Positions 39,871 through 49,014 of a DNA stretch of 64,000 bases are shown piece by piece; the stretch's first letter is position 1, and every line of letters begins with the position of its first letter. The stretch is from an uncultured Alphaproteobacteria bacterium (GTDB lineage Bacteria > Pseudomonadota > Alphaproteobacteria > RF32 > CAG-239). The notes under the pieces are model-generated. The model had not been told where the DNA came from. It made no database searches and saw only the letters and a program-made list of their open reading frames with translations. Location: assembly GCA_944393715.1 (NCBI GenBank), contig CALYBB010000036.1, positions 13,270 through 77,269 on the forward strand, written 5' to 3'. Both the position numbers and the translations under genes were made by a program.

Positions 39871-40845
39871 ATGGAAGAGGCAACGGTCATCGCTCTGGAT
39901 TTTGAAAAAAATATTGCAGAAGTAGAAGAAAAAATCGAGCGGCTAAAACAGCTTGAGATAAGCGATGGTCTGGATATTGACGCTGAAATCTCGCGCTTAC
40001 AAAAAAAACTAACCAGATTATTCAGGCAGTTATATTTGCACCTGACACCGTGGCAAAAAACATTGGTTGCGCGCCATCCGGCACGTCCGCACTGTTTGGA
40101 CTATGTCAATGGATTGATAGAAGATTTTGAGCCGCTTTGCGGAGATCGGAATTTTGCTGATGATCCGGCCATGGTTGGCGGCATAGGATGTTTCCGCGGA
40201 CAATCAGTTGTAGTTATCGGACAGGAAAAAGGCAGCAACTTGGAAACACGGGTCAAATATAATTTTGGCATGGCAAAACCGGAAGGATATCGCAAAGCAC
40301 AAAGGCTGATGGATCTGGCCGATAAATTTAAGCTCCCTGTTTTGGCTTTTGTTGACACTTCCGGCGCATTTCCGGGAGTCGAGGCTGAAGAGCGCGGTCA
40401 GGCGCAGGCCATTGCTTCCGGCATAGAGCGCTGCCTAAAATTGAAAGTTCCTTTTGTTTCGACCATTATTGGCGAAGGCGGTTCGGGCGGCGCCATTGCA
40501 TTGGCGGCAGCTAATCGCGTTTTAATGCTGGAGCACTCAATTTATTCAGTCATCTCGCCGGAAGGTTGTGCGTCTATTCTTTGGCGCTCGGCTTCCAAAG
40601 TCAAAGAGGCAACGGAGGCTTTGTGTTTGACGGCGCAAGATTTAAGGCGTTTGGGAATTATTGATGAAATTATAACAGAACCGGCCGGTGGCGCGCAACG
40701 GCACCATACCGAGATTATCACTCATGTCGGCGATGTTATAGCCCGCCATCTGAAAGAACTCAAAGCACAGACGGGCGATGAATTAAAAAGAAAAAGAACG
40801 GATAAATTTTTGAAAATGGGGTGGCGTCTTGCAAAATCTGAATAA
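39871..40845 (+). CDS. accA: Acetyl-CoA carboxylase carboxyltransferase subunit alpha
   Basis: LTPWQKTLVARHPARPH, FVDTSGAFPG and IGEGGSGGALA-type motifs. Confidence 0.95.
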   Translation: MEEATVIALDFEKNIAEVEEKIERLKQLEISDGLDIDAEISRLQKKLTRLFRQLYLHLTPWQKTLVARHPARPHCLDYVNGLIEDFEPLCGDRNFADDPAMVGGIGCFRGQSVVVIGQEKGSNLETRVKYNFGMAKPEGYRKAQRLMDLADKFKLPVLAFVDTSGAFPGVEAEERGQAQAIASGIERCLKLKVPFVSTIIGEGGSGGAIALAAANRVLMLEHSIYSVISPEGCASILWRSASKVKEATEALCLTAQDLRRLGIIDEIITEPAGGAQRHHTEIITHVGDVIARHLKELKAQTGDELKRKRTDKFLKMGWRLAKSE

Positions 40846-41959
40846 TTTTATTCTTGAAAATATTGGGGTAATCATTCTGGTTGTTTTGGCGTTATTGGCA
40901 AGCAGTCTGCTGTTTTTGTTGTTTTGCCGCGATAAAAAAGGGGTAAAGGATCTTTTGTTGCAATCTCAAGGCGAACTGGCAGGTCGGCTGGCGTCATTGG
41001 GTGAATCAAATCTGCAAGAGCAAAGCCGCTTGCTGGCAGCCTTGAACGAACAAAAAATAGCGGTTCTAAAGCTGGTCGATGAAAAACTTTTGGCCGTGGC
41101 CAAAAGTGTCGGAGACGGCCTGCAACAAAATGCGGCCAAAACAAATGAAACGCTGGGTGCTTTGCGCGAGCGGCTGGCAAAAATCGATGCCGCGCAGCAA
41201 AAAATATCTTCATTATCTGAACAAGTCGTTTCTTTACAGGAGGTTTTGTCTAATAAACAGGCGCGCGGTGCTTTTGGTGAAATTCAGCTAAATGATTTGG
41301 TCGTTTCGATTTTGCCGCCGAGCGCTTATACTTTTCAAGCTCAGCTGAGCAACGGCAAAAAAGCCGACTGCTTGTTAAAGCTGCCCAACCCGCCGGGGAA
41401 TATAGTGATTGACGCTAAATTTCCGTTAGAAAGCTATTATGCTCTGCGCCATGCGCAAAATGACCGCGAAAAACTCGAAGCCGGACGTCTTTTCAAGGCT
41501 TCGGTTCTAAAGCATGTAAAAGATATTGCTGAAAAATATATTGTCTCCGGTGAGACGGCGGAATCTGCGCTGATGTTTCTGCCGAGTGAGGCTATTTATG
41601 CAGAATTGCATGCTAATTTTGTTGATGCGGTGGAAGCTTCGTACAAAGCAAAAGTCTGGATTGTCTCTCCAACCACTTTAATGGCAACCTTAAATACGGT
41701 TCGAGCCATATTAAAAGATGCCAGTATGCAGGAACAGGCCGGTGTTATCCAAAAAGAAGTCGGCGTACTGATAGAAGATATTTGCCGTCTTGATGAAAGG
41801 GTTGAAAATCTGAGCCGTCATTTTAAGTCGGCCGGCGATGATATTGAACAAATAAAGATCTCATCAGGCAAAATTACCCGCCGTATCCAAAAAATCGAAA
41901 ACATCGAGCTTGGGGGAGAAGAACCGCCGGCTCTTGTTCGTCAGGTTGCCAATGAGTAA
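40829..41959 (+). CDS. rmuC: DNA recombination protein RmuC
   Basis: N-terminal TM segment, a coiled coil, and a conserved VIDAKFPLESY ... MFLPSEAIYAE block. Confidence 0.85.
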   Translation: MQNLNNFILENIGVIILVVLALLASSLLFLLFCRDKKGVKDLLLQSQGELAGRLASLGESNLQEQSRLLAALNEQKIAVLKLVDEKLLAVAKSVGDGLQQNAAKTNETLGALRERLAKIDAAQQKISSLSEQVVSLQEVLSNKQARGAFGEIQLNDLVVSILPPSAYTFQAQLSNGKKADCLLKLPNPPGNIVIDAKFPLESYYALRHAQNDREKLEAGRLFKASVLKHVKDIAEKYIVSGETAESALMFLPSEAIYAELHANFVDAVEASYKAKVWIVSPTTLMATLNTVRAILKDASMQEQAGVIQKEVGVLIEDICRLDERVENLSRHFKSAGDDIEQIKISSGKITRRIQKIENIELGGEEPPALVRQVANE

Positions 41960-42062
41960 TTTTTTTGGATAAATGCGAAAAGGATTATTGGCTTTTTGCA
42001 AATATGGTATATTAATAAATAAAATTGTATGGTTCACTTTTTAAGTAATAAAGGAATAAAAA

Positions 42063-42344
42063 ATGACAAGATCTGAATTAATTGAAAAAATTGCCGCCAA
42101 AAATCCGCATCTTTTGCAAAAAGATGTTGAGCGCATTGTTTCCGTCGTCTTCGATTCGATCGTTGAGGCGCTGGCTAAAGGAGACCGTGTAGAATTTAGA
42201 GGCTTCGGAGCTTTTTCGGTTCGCACCCGCAGCCCGCGTCTGGCTAAAAATCCACGCACCGGAGAGCAAGTAAAAGTTGAGGAGCGTAAAATTCCCCACT
42301 TCAAAACCGGCAAGCAATTATTTGAATCGTTAAACAAAAAATAA
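42063..42344 (+). CDS. ihfB: Integration host factor subunit beta
   Basis: [11 protein letters not shown]...[43 protein letters not shown] is an IHF-beta pattern. Confidence 0.9.
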   Translation: MTRSELIEKIAAKNPHLLQKDVERIVSVVFDSIVEALAKGDRVEFRGFGAFSVRTRSPRLAKNPRTGEQVKVEERKIPHFKTGKQLFESLNKK

Positions 42345-42392
42345 GAGCGGTTTCCGTCTCTTATTAGATATAAGTAATAAGGAGCGGCTGTT

Positions 42393-42782
42393 ATGGGTTT
42401 TATTAAAGCACTTATAGGAATACCGCTGGCTTTGGCGGTTTTGATCTTTGCTTTTGTTAATAATGATATGGCGGTATTCAATCTTTGGCCGACGGGCATA
42501 GAAATAACCGTTTCTCTGAGTGTGGCAATAATTTTCCTGCTGTTGTTTGGCTACATCATAGGCTGGCTTTTTACGTGGATGTCATATGCCCAAATTCGTC
42601 AAGATCTCCGTGCACAAAAAAAACAAAATAAAAAATTATCTAAAGAACAAGAAAAATTAACCAAAGAAGTCGAAGGTCTTCAAGGCAATATAGAAACCAT
42701 GAAAGCCGCTTTGCCGGAAGAAGAAAAGCCGTCTTGGTCTGCGCGCGTCAAAGAAGCTTTCGTCGGCAGGGAGAAAAGTTGA
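42393..42782 (+). CDS. lapA: LapA-domain (DUF1049) inner-membrane protein
   Basis: Two TM segments followed by a coiled-coil tail. It sits in the usual position after ihfB. Confidence 0.6.
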   Translation: MGFIKALIGIPLALAVLIFAFVNNDMAVFNLWPTGIEITVSLSVAIIFLLLFGYIIGWLFTWMSYAQIRQDLRAQKKQNKKLSKEQEKLTKEVEGLQGNIETMKAALPEEEKPSWSARVKEAFVGREKS

Positions 42783-43630
42783 TGAATTGGATTTCTGACT
42801 TTGTCCGCCCGAAGATAAAAAAGACAACAGCAAAAGGAATTGCTGATAATCTTTGGACAAAGTGTCCGGAATGCGGGCAAATGTTGTTTAATCGGGAATT
42901 GGACAAAGACAGTTATATTTGCTCTTTTTGCGGCCACCATTTGCACCTACCGGTAAAAAAACGTTTTGAAATGCTGTTTGACGACGGCCGCTATAAATTG
43001 TTAACACTTCCGAAACTTCAGGACGATCCTCTCAATTTTAAGGATTCCAAAAAATATACAGATCGTTTGCGGGCTTATCGCCGGTTGACGGGACACAATG
43101 ATGCTGTTTTAGTTGCCTCCGGAGAGCTTGGTAGTATTAAAACCGTTATCGCCGCATTAGATTTTTCTTTTATGGGCGGATCTATGGGGACGGCTGTCGG
43201 AGAGGGTATTGTCCGCGCGGCAGAGTTTGCGCTGAAAACCAAAGCGCCCTTGATTATTATTTCGGCATCGGGCGGCGCACGGATGCAGGAAGGAATGTTG
43301 TCCTTGGTGCAAATGGCGCGTACGGTGGCCGCCGTTAATCAATTAAAAGAAAAAAACATTCCCTATATTTCCGTCTTAACAGATCCGACGACCGGAGGTG
43401 TATCGGCATCTTTTGCTATGCTTGGCGATATTCATATTGCCGAGCAGGGGTGTATTATCGGCTTTGCCGGTGCGCGCGTTATCGAACAAACCATTCACGA
43501 AACCTTGCCGGAAGGCTTCCAAAAAGCTGAATATCTGCGCGATCACGGCATGGTTGATATAGTCGTCGGTCGGTTGGAAATGCGCGCTAAACTAATTAAA
43601 ATTCTGAGACTTTTATTAAACAGGCATTAG
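42782..43630 (+). CDS. accD: Acetyl-CoA carboxylase carboxyltransferase subunit beta
   Basis: Start trimmed to MNWISDFVRPKIKK. Zn-ribbon CPECGQML...CSFCGHH, then MGGSMG. TGATG overlap with lapA. Confidence 0.92.
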   Translation: MNWISDFVRPKIKKTTAKGIADNLWTKCPECGQMLFNRELDKDSYICSFCGHHLHLPVKKRFEMLFDDGRYKLLTLPKLQDDPLNFKDSKKYTDRLRAYRRLTGHNDAVLVASGELGSIKTVIAALDFSFMGGSMGTAVGEGIVRAAEFALKTKAPLIIISASGGARMQEGMLSLVQMARTVAAVNQLKEKNIPYISVLTDPTTGGVSASFAMLGDIHIAEQGCIIGFAGARVIEQTIHETLPEGFQKAEYLRDHGMVDIVVGRLEMRAKLIKILRLLLNRH

Positions 43631-43657
43631 ACATAAAATTTTGCTCAAAGGTGTTGC

Positions 43658-45148
43658 ATGCTGTCATTGAAACATATAGCCATTAATTCTTTTAACGAAA
43701 ATATTGCCTATTTACACAAAGATTGCGATACTTACAAAGTCGATGACATCAAAGACATTACCAAAGTAGAGATTCATGGCGGTGCGGCGCCGATATATGC
43801 TTTTCTAGAAATTATTGATGACGCATCAATTCTTGCGCCAAAGGAACTAGGCCTTAATACCGAGGCTTTTTCTCGCCTTAATCTTCCCGAAGGAGCCAAT
43901 GTCAGTCTGAGTATGGCGGGGTTGCCTCCGTCCGCCGGCATTTTGCAGCGCAAAATAGCCGGAAATATTCTATCATCCGGAGAATACAATGCGGTGGTTA
44001 AGGATATTGTCGCAGGACGTTATTCTAATATGGATATAGCATCATTTTTGGTCGCTTCGGGTTCATTTATGACGGCGGCAGAGGTTTTATCCCTGACGGA
44101 AGCTTTAACCGGAGATGATATTATCCGCTGGGATGATGAGAATATTGTTGTTGATCATCATTGTTTGGGCGGTGTTCCGGGAAATAAAACCGATATTATC
44201 ATTACGGCAATTGTTGCGGCTTATGGCCTGCCAATGCCCAAAACGGCGGCGCGGTCTCTTACATCATGTTCCGGCGTGGCGGATGTTTTTGCTGTTTTGG
44301 CAAACGTTGATGTCAACGAAACCAAGTTGAAACAGTTAATAAAGGATAACCGTGGCGCAATAGCGGATTATGGCTCCTTATCCATTGCGTCTGCCAGCAA
44401 AATAGTATCTTCGGTTGAACGCTCCCTTGGCTTAACCCAGCAGCAACACATTATTGCCTCTATCCTTGCGATAAAAATGGCGGCAGGCATAACGCATTTG
44501 GTTTTGGATATTCCTGTCGGTCCTTCGTCTCGCATTAAATCAACATCAGAAGCAATGCGGATTCGCAAATTAGTTGAATACGTCGGCGATATGCTGTCGC
44601 TGGAGATTGACGCTGTCATTACAGACGGCAGCGAGCCGATTGGCAATGGGGTCGGCGCTGTATTAGAGGCGCGTGATGTTATGAAAGTTCTTCGCAACAA
44701 AAAAGATGCACCACAGGATCTTCTTGAGAAATCGCTATTTCTGGCCGGTCGTATTCTGGAGTTCGATCCAAAACTTCGTGGTGGGCAAGGTTATCACGTC
44801 GCCAAAGAAATTTTATCCTCGGGAAGAGCTCTGGAAACAATAAACCGTATGATCTATGCGCAAGGCAAAGCGCCGCAGGCACAGCTGGGAAATTTAACAC
44901 GTGATATTGTTGCTTCCAAATCAGGGGTGGTTGAAAGCATAGATAATCAACAAATCAATAAAATAGGTGTTTTGGCCGGTGCTTCACAGTATTCTGGAGC
45001 GGGGCTTGATCTTCTTAAAAAGGTTGGTGATAAGGTTGAAGCCGGCGAAACGCTTTATCGGATTCATTCAGTCAGCACGCATGATTTTGCTTTTGCCAAT
45101 TCATTTGCTGACGGCAACTCCGGATATGAAATAAGCACCCGAAGATAG
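43658..45148 (+). CDS. Thymidine phosphorylase family protein (long, about 496 aa, AMP-phosphorylase-like form)
   Basis: Glycosyltransferase family 3 motifs HCLGGVPGNKTD and VLDIPVGP, with an N-terminal extension relative to a classical DeoA. Confidence 0.75.
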   Translation: MLSLKHIAINSFNENIAYLHKDCDTYKVDDIKDITKVEIHGGAAPIYAFLEIIDDASILAPKELGLNTEAFSRLNLPEGANVSLSMAGLPPSAGILQRKIAGNILSSGEYNAVVKDIVAGRYSNMDIASFLVASGSFMTAAEVLSLTEALTGDDIIRWDDENIVVDHHCLGGVPGNKTDIIITAIVAAYGLPMPKTAARSLTSCSGVADVFAVLANVDVNETKLKQLIKDNRGAIADYGSLSIASASKIVSSVERSLGLTQQQHIIASILAIKMAAGITHLVLDIPVGPSSRIKSTSEAMRIRKLVEYVGDMLSLEIDAVITDGSEPIGNGVGAVLEARDVMKVLRNKKDAPQDLLEKSLFLAGRILEFDPKLRGGQGYHVAKEILSSGRALETINRMIYAQGKAPQAQLGNLTRDIVASKSGVVESIDNQQINKIGVLAGASQYSGAGLDLLKKVGDKVEAGETLYRIHSVSTHDFAFANSFADGNSGYEISTRR

Positions 45149-45227
45149 TCTTTATTTTCCGCGGCATTGGGATTGTTTTTTTCGGAACAGCCACGTTAAG
45201 CATAGCATAAATTTTATCAAAATCAGG

Positions 45228-45263
45228 CAAAAAAAGACGCCTCTCAAAATTTAAGAGGCGTCT
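45228..45263 (-). terminator. Rho-independent terminator of rpsA
   Basis: AGACGCCTC (45235-45243) pairs with GAGGCGTCT (45255-45263). A T-run follows on the minus strand. Confidence 0.7.
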
Positions 45264-45281
45264 TAGAAGCTTGAAAGCAAA

Positions 45282-46964
45282 CTAGGCGTTTTTCTTCAAG
45301 GCTTCGCCCAGAGCATCGCCGAGAGCCGAATTTCCGGTAGAAGAAGCATATTCTTCTAGGGCTTTTTTCTCCTCGTCGATTTCCAGAGCCTTAATTGACA
45401 GACCGATTTTTGAGTTCTTTCTGTCCACCGAAGTGATTTTGGCTTCAACTTCGTCGCCTTCTTTGAAGTTTTCCGGCTGCTGCTGTGCTTTGTCCTTTGA
45501 CAAATCACCTTTTTTGATGTAGGCGGACAAACCGTTGACTTCAACGCTGATGCCTTTATCATCAACCGCCGTTACTTTGGCCTTAACGACATCGCCTTTT
45601 TTCACGCTGTCCAGCGCCGCACTGACGCTATCTTCGGTCAACTGCTTAATGCCGAGCGAAATACGTTCTTTTTCAACATCAACATCAATAATTTTGGCTT
45701 GGATTTCCTGTCCTTTGCTGTAGTCCTTAACAGCTTCTTCGCCGGATTTGTTCCAAGAGATATCAGACAGGTGGATCATGCCGTCGATTTCGTCGGAAAG
45801 ACCGACAAACAAACCAAACTCGGTAATGTTTTTAATCTTGCCTTCAATAACGGAGCCGACCGGATGTTCTTCAACATATGCCGCCCACGGATTCGGCGTG
45901 CACTGTTTAATACCGAGCGAAATGCGTCTTTTATCGACATCAACTTCCAAAACTTTAACGTCAACTTCCTGAGATGTTGAAACGATTTTGCCCGGATGAA
46001 CATTTTTGCGAGTCCAGCTCATCTCGGAAACATGAACCAAGCCCTCAATGCCGTCCTCAAGTTCGACAAACGCGCCATAATCAGTAATATTGGTTACCTT
46101 GCCTTTGTAGATCTCGCCGACCTTGTATTTACCTTCGACATTGACCCATGGATCAGATTCAAGCTGTTTCATACCCAAACTGATGCGCTGGGTATCTTCA
46201 TTAAACTTGATAACCTGAACTTTAACCGTTTGACCGACGGACAAAACTTCCGCCGGATGATTGATGCGGCGCCACGAAATATCGGTAACGTGCAACAAGC
46301 CGTCAACACCGCCCAAATCAATAAATGCACCGTAGTCAGTAATGTTTTTGACAATACCTTCCAAAACAGCGCCTTCTTTAAGGTCGTGGATCAGTTCAGC
46401 GCGGGCTTCGGCTCTGGTCTCTTCCAGCACAACGCGGCGCGAAACGACGATATTGCCACGAACCTTGTCCATTTTCAAAATCTGGAACGGTTGAACAACA
46501 CCCATCAGCGGCGTAATGTCGCGGATCGGGCGAATATCAATCTGCGAGCCGGGCAAGAAAGCAATAGCGCCGTTAAGATCAACGGTAAAGCCGCCCTTGA
46601 CGCGACCGAAAATAACGCCGTTGACGCGTTCGCCGGCATTAAGCGATTTTTCCAAATCTTTCCAAGCTTCTTCGCGGCGGGCTTTTTCGCGCGACAAAAC
46701 GATGTTGCCGTCTTTATCTTCATAGCGGTCGACATAAACCTCAACCGTATCGCCCTCTTTGAGCTCCGGATTTTGCCCGAATTCGCGCAACGGAATACGT
46801 CCTTCGGATTTCAAACCGACATCAACAATAGCATAATCAGGCGTCAAGCGGATGATAGTGCCTTTAACGACCGAGCCGGTAATACCATTGTCGCCAAACT
46901 GTTCATTCAGCAAGGCTTCAAAATTTTCGTTGGTTTCAGGGATTTTTAACTCTGTATTAGTCAT
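45282..46964 (-). CDS. rpsA: 30S ribosomal protein S1
   Basis: 560 aa with six S1 repeats (..GxVxxITDYGAFVxL..). Confidence 0.95.
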   Translation of the reverse strand: MTNTELKIPETNENFEALLNEQFGDNGITGSVVKGTIIRLTPDYAIVDVGLKSEGRIPLREFGQNPELKEGDTVEVYVDRYEDKDGNIVLSREKARREEAWKDLEKSLNAGERVNGVIFGRVKGGFTVDLNGAIAFLPGSQIDIRPIRDITPLMGVVQPFQILKMDKVRGNIVVSRRVVLEETRAEARAELIHDLKEGAVLEGIVKNITDYGAFIDLGGVDGLLHVTDISWRRINHPAEVLSVGQTVKVQVIKFNEDTQRISLGMKQLESDPWVNVEGKYKVGEIYKGKVTNITDYGAFVELEDGIEGLVHVSEMSWTRKNVHPGKIVSTSQEVDVKVLEVDVDKRRISLGIKQCTPNPWAAYVEEHPVGSVIEGKIKNITEFGLFVGLSDEIDGMIHLSDISWNKSGEEAVKDYSKGQEIQAKIIDVDVEKERISLGIKQLTEDSVSAALDSVKKGDVVKAKVTAVDDKGISVEVNGLSAYIKKGDLSKDKAQQQPENFKEGDEVEAKITSVDRKNSKIGLSIKALEIDEEKKALEEYASSTGNSALGDALGEALKKNA

Positions 46965-47064
46965 AAATATTATTCAACAAAATGCCAGACCCGAGAATAT
47001 CGGCGGACTTACGCGAACCAAATACGAAACCTGCCGGCGCGTCCCGACAGACCAAGTGAAGCTA

Positions 47065-47092
47065 TTTATACATACAAATATTTATTTTTCAA
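47065..47092 (-). promoter_or_regulatory. Sigma70-like promoter candidate for rpsA (TTGAAA-N16-TATAAA)
   Basis: On the minus strand, TTGAAA corresponds to 47087-47092 and TATAAA to 47065-47070. It lies about 100 nt upstream of the rpsA ATG. Confidence 0.4.
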
Positions 47093-47219
47093 GCAAAAAA
47101 TAACATTAAAGTTAAGGCTTATGATGGCAACGGATAAAGGTCCGTTTGCGTCCTGAGCTTATTGAAGAAAGTCTGGCGCAAATATTATTGCTTTTTTAAG
47201 TAGTTCATGTTATGGTAAC

Positions 47220-47263
47220 AAAAAGTGTTGCAAAAAAAGGAACCTTTTTTTGCAACACTTTTT
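47220..47263. repeat. Perfect 44-bp palindrome P1 (arms ..AAAAGTGTTGCAAAAAAAGG, centre AA)
   Basis: AAAAGTGTTGCAAAAAAAGG (47221-47240), AA, CCTTTTTTTGCAACACTTTT (47243-47262). T-runs lie on both sides. Confidence 0.9.
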
Positions 47264-47316
47264 TGGTAAATTAAAAATTGTTCTTTCCTTTGTTTTTTCT
47301 CATTTTTTCTGACATT

Positions 47317-47360
47317 CCCTTCTGTTGCAAAAAAAGGTTCCTTTTTTTGCAACAGAAGGG
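47317..47360. repeat. Perfect 44-bp palindrome P2 (inverted copy of the P1 core, centre TT) abutting the SD of the DUF1566-like gene
   Basis: CCCTTCTGTTGCAAAAAAAGG (47317-47337), TT, CCTTTTTTTGCAACAGAAGGG (47340-47360). The right arm runs into GAAGGGAGG, 8 nt before the ATG at 47371. Confidence 0.9.
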
Positions 47361-47370
47361 AGGATGATAT

Positions 47371-48141
47371 ATGAAAAAATACTTACTTTTTGCCGGTGCG
47401 GCGGTTTTGGGACTGTGTTCGGCAGCATCAGCGGCAATTAACTGCCAAACGCTGCCGTCCTGTGAAGAGCTTGGATATGCGTATGATGCCAGCTGGTGCG
47501 TAGGACAAAAAATGCTCAAATGTCCGTTTGATCAAAATGCAATTTACTGCACAAATCCTTACAAAGAGATTGAGTGCCAAATAGGCTCGGTTTTGTACGA
47601 AGATAAAAAATGCTATACTTCGGCGCCGAGAGGCAAAAGCCCGATAGGCATCGTATTTGATACCTCAAAACGGCTGGCACTTTCCCTCAAAAGCCCCGAT
47701 ACCCTCGAAAACCGTCGTCAAGGCACAAACTGGGGCGGCGACGGCATAGATATACCGGATTTAGAGAATTATACACTAGAAGTTATCAATTCGAGCGATA
47801 CCGATGGTCAGACCAATACCGACAAAATTATTGCCGCATTGGGAATGGGAAATGGTACCAACGTGGCTGCCGGCTGGTGTAAAAATATCGGCGGATTTTT
47901 GCCCAGCATAAGCGAACTTAAAACGCTGTACAGCAACAAAGCAAAAGTTAAAGAAGGGTTATCCTCTTTGCCCGATGCCGATCATCTTATTGGTGAAGGT
48001 GTCTATGAAGATATCTTTTTTTGGTCATCCAATGAGAAAGATGATGAGTGGGCTTGGGTAATGAATCTATATAGTGCAAAATCTGTAACTCAATCCGCAA
48101 AGAAAACACTCGGCTACACCCGTTGTGCCGTGGCTTATTAG
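47371..48141 (+). CDS. Secreted Cys-rich protein with a DUF1566 (Lcl C-terminal-like) domain
   Basis: Signal peptide MKKYLLFAGAAVLGLCSAASA. The C-terminus GGFLPSISELKTLY...FFWSSNE...WAWVMNL...GYTRCAV matches the W/FxLPxxxEL ... YWSS ... RCV pattern of DUF1566. Confidence 0.55.
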   Translation: MKKYLLFAGAAVLGLCSAASAAINCQTLPSCEELGYAYDASWCVGQKMLKCPFDQNAIYCTNPYKEIECQIGSVLYEDKKCYTSAPRGKSPIGIVFDTSKRLALSLKSPDTLENRRQGTNWGGDGIDIPDLENYTLEVINSSDTDGQTNTDKIIAALGMGNGTNVAAGWCKNIGGFLPSISELKTLYSNKAKVKEGLSSLPDADHLIGEGVYEDIFFWSSNEKDDEWAWVMNLYSAKSVTQSAKKTLGYTRCAVAY

Positions 48142-48223
48142 GCCGTTTCTTTGTCGCTCAAGCATCATCTTGGCATTATTTTAGTCTTCCCGCAGGGCAT
48201 CGAAACTCACTGCGGATCTTGGT

Positions 48224-48886
48224 TCAGGCAAAAAGTTTGGCATCAATAATCCGGCAGGCCTCAGCAAAAACGGTGGCAATATCCATGCCTGAAGTGTCAA
48301 TAATCACGGCATCTTCCGCCGGTTTCAATGGCGCTGCGGCGCGCGAAGAATCTCTTTGGTCGCGTTCTTTGGTCTGCGCCAAAACATCTTCAAAATCCGA
48401 GACCAGACCTTTTTGCAAATATTCCTTATGCCGCCGCATAGCACGCACTTCCGGCGAAGCGGTAATAAAAAACTTAATATCGGCATGAGGGCAAACAACC
48501 GTGCCGGTATCGCGGCCGTCATAAACCGCTCCGGACATGGATTCTCCGGTCGGCGATTTAGGGCTAACAGCAAAATCCTGTTGCATTTTTAGTAAAATTT
48601 CACGCACCTTGGGCAATGCCGCTACCTTAGATGCGGCCTGTCCGCCAGCAGCCGAACGAAACTCAGGCCTCTCAGACAATTTATGCATTTCAATAAAGCT
48701 AAGTTCGCGAGCGGCCTTTTCCGCGGCTTCGGCGTCATCGGGAGAAATACCGGCGATCAAGAGTTTTAGCCCAACCGCACGATAAACCATTCCGGTATCA
48801 AAATAGGCCAGATGGTATTTTTCCGCCAAGCGTTTGGCTAAGGTCCCCTTACCGGCGGCGGCCGGACCGTCAATAGTTATAATCAT
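48224..48886 (-). CDS. cmk: Cytidylate kinase
   Basis: Start trimmed to MIITIDGPAAAGKGTLAKRLAEKYHLAYFDTGMVYR. About 220 aa. Confidence 0.9.
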   Translation of the reverse strand: MIITIDGPAAAGKGTLAKRLAEKYHLAYFDTGMVYRAVGLKLLIAGISPDDAEAAEKAARELSFIEMHKLSERPEFRSAAGGQAASKVAALPKVREILLKMQQDFAVSPKSPTGESMSGAVYDGRDTGTVVCPHADIKFFITASPEVRAMRRHKEYLQKGLVSDFEDVLAQTKERDQRDSSRAAAPLKPAEDAVIIDTSGMDIATVFAEACRIIDAKLFA

Positions 48887-49014
48887 CAAAAATCCTGTTT
48901 TTTTATTTTGTAACGAAATATTCACTTTATTATAACTAAAATAAACCATATAATAAATAAAAGAAGGACAAATATCACCAATGTGCATATTTTTAACAAC
49001 AAAGGAAAAAGGAC

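Noticed and set aside
42340-42366. The hairpin AATAAGAG..CTCTTATT after ihfB, and a weak palindrome after dnaJ (59680-59700), considered as terminators.
   Set aside because: The stems are short and AT-rich, with no following T-run. That is not enough to call them.
45996-46949. Long antisense ORFs inside highly expressed genes. Examples: 45996..46949 (317 aa, opposite rpsA), 2320..3222 (300 aa, opposite recF), 58488..59321 (277 aa, opposite dnaJ), 23170..23814 (214 aa, out of frame inside polA on the same strand) and 25531..26079 (opposite gyrB).
   Set aside because: Each is fully contained in a confidently identified gene, either on the other strand or in another frame. They have biased, low-complexity composition typical of shadow frames, and I recognised no motifs.
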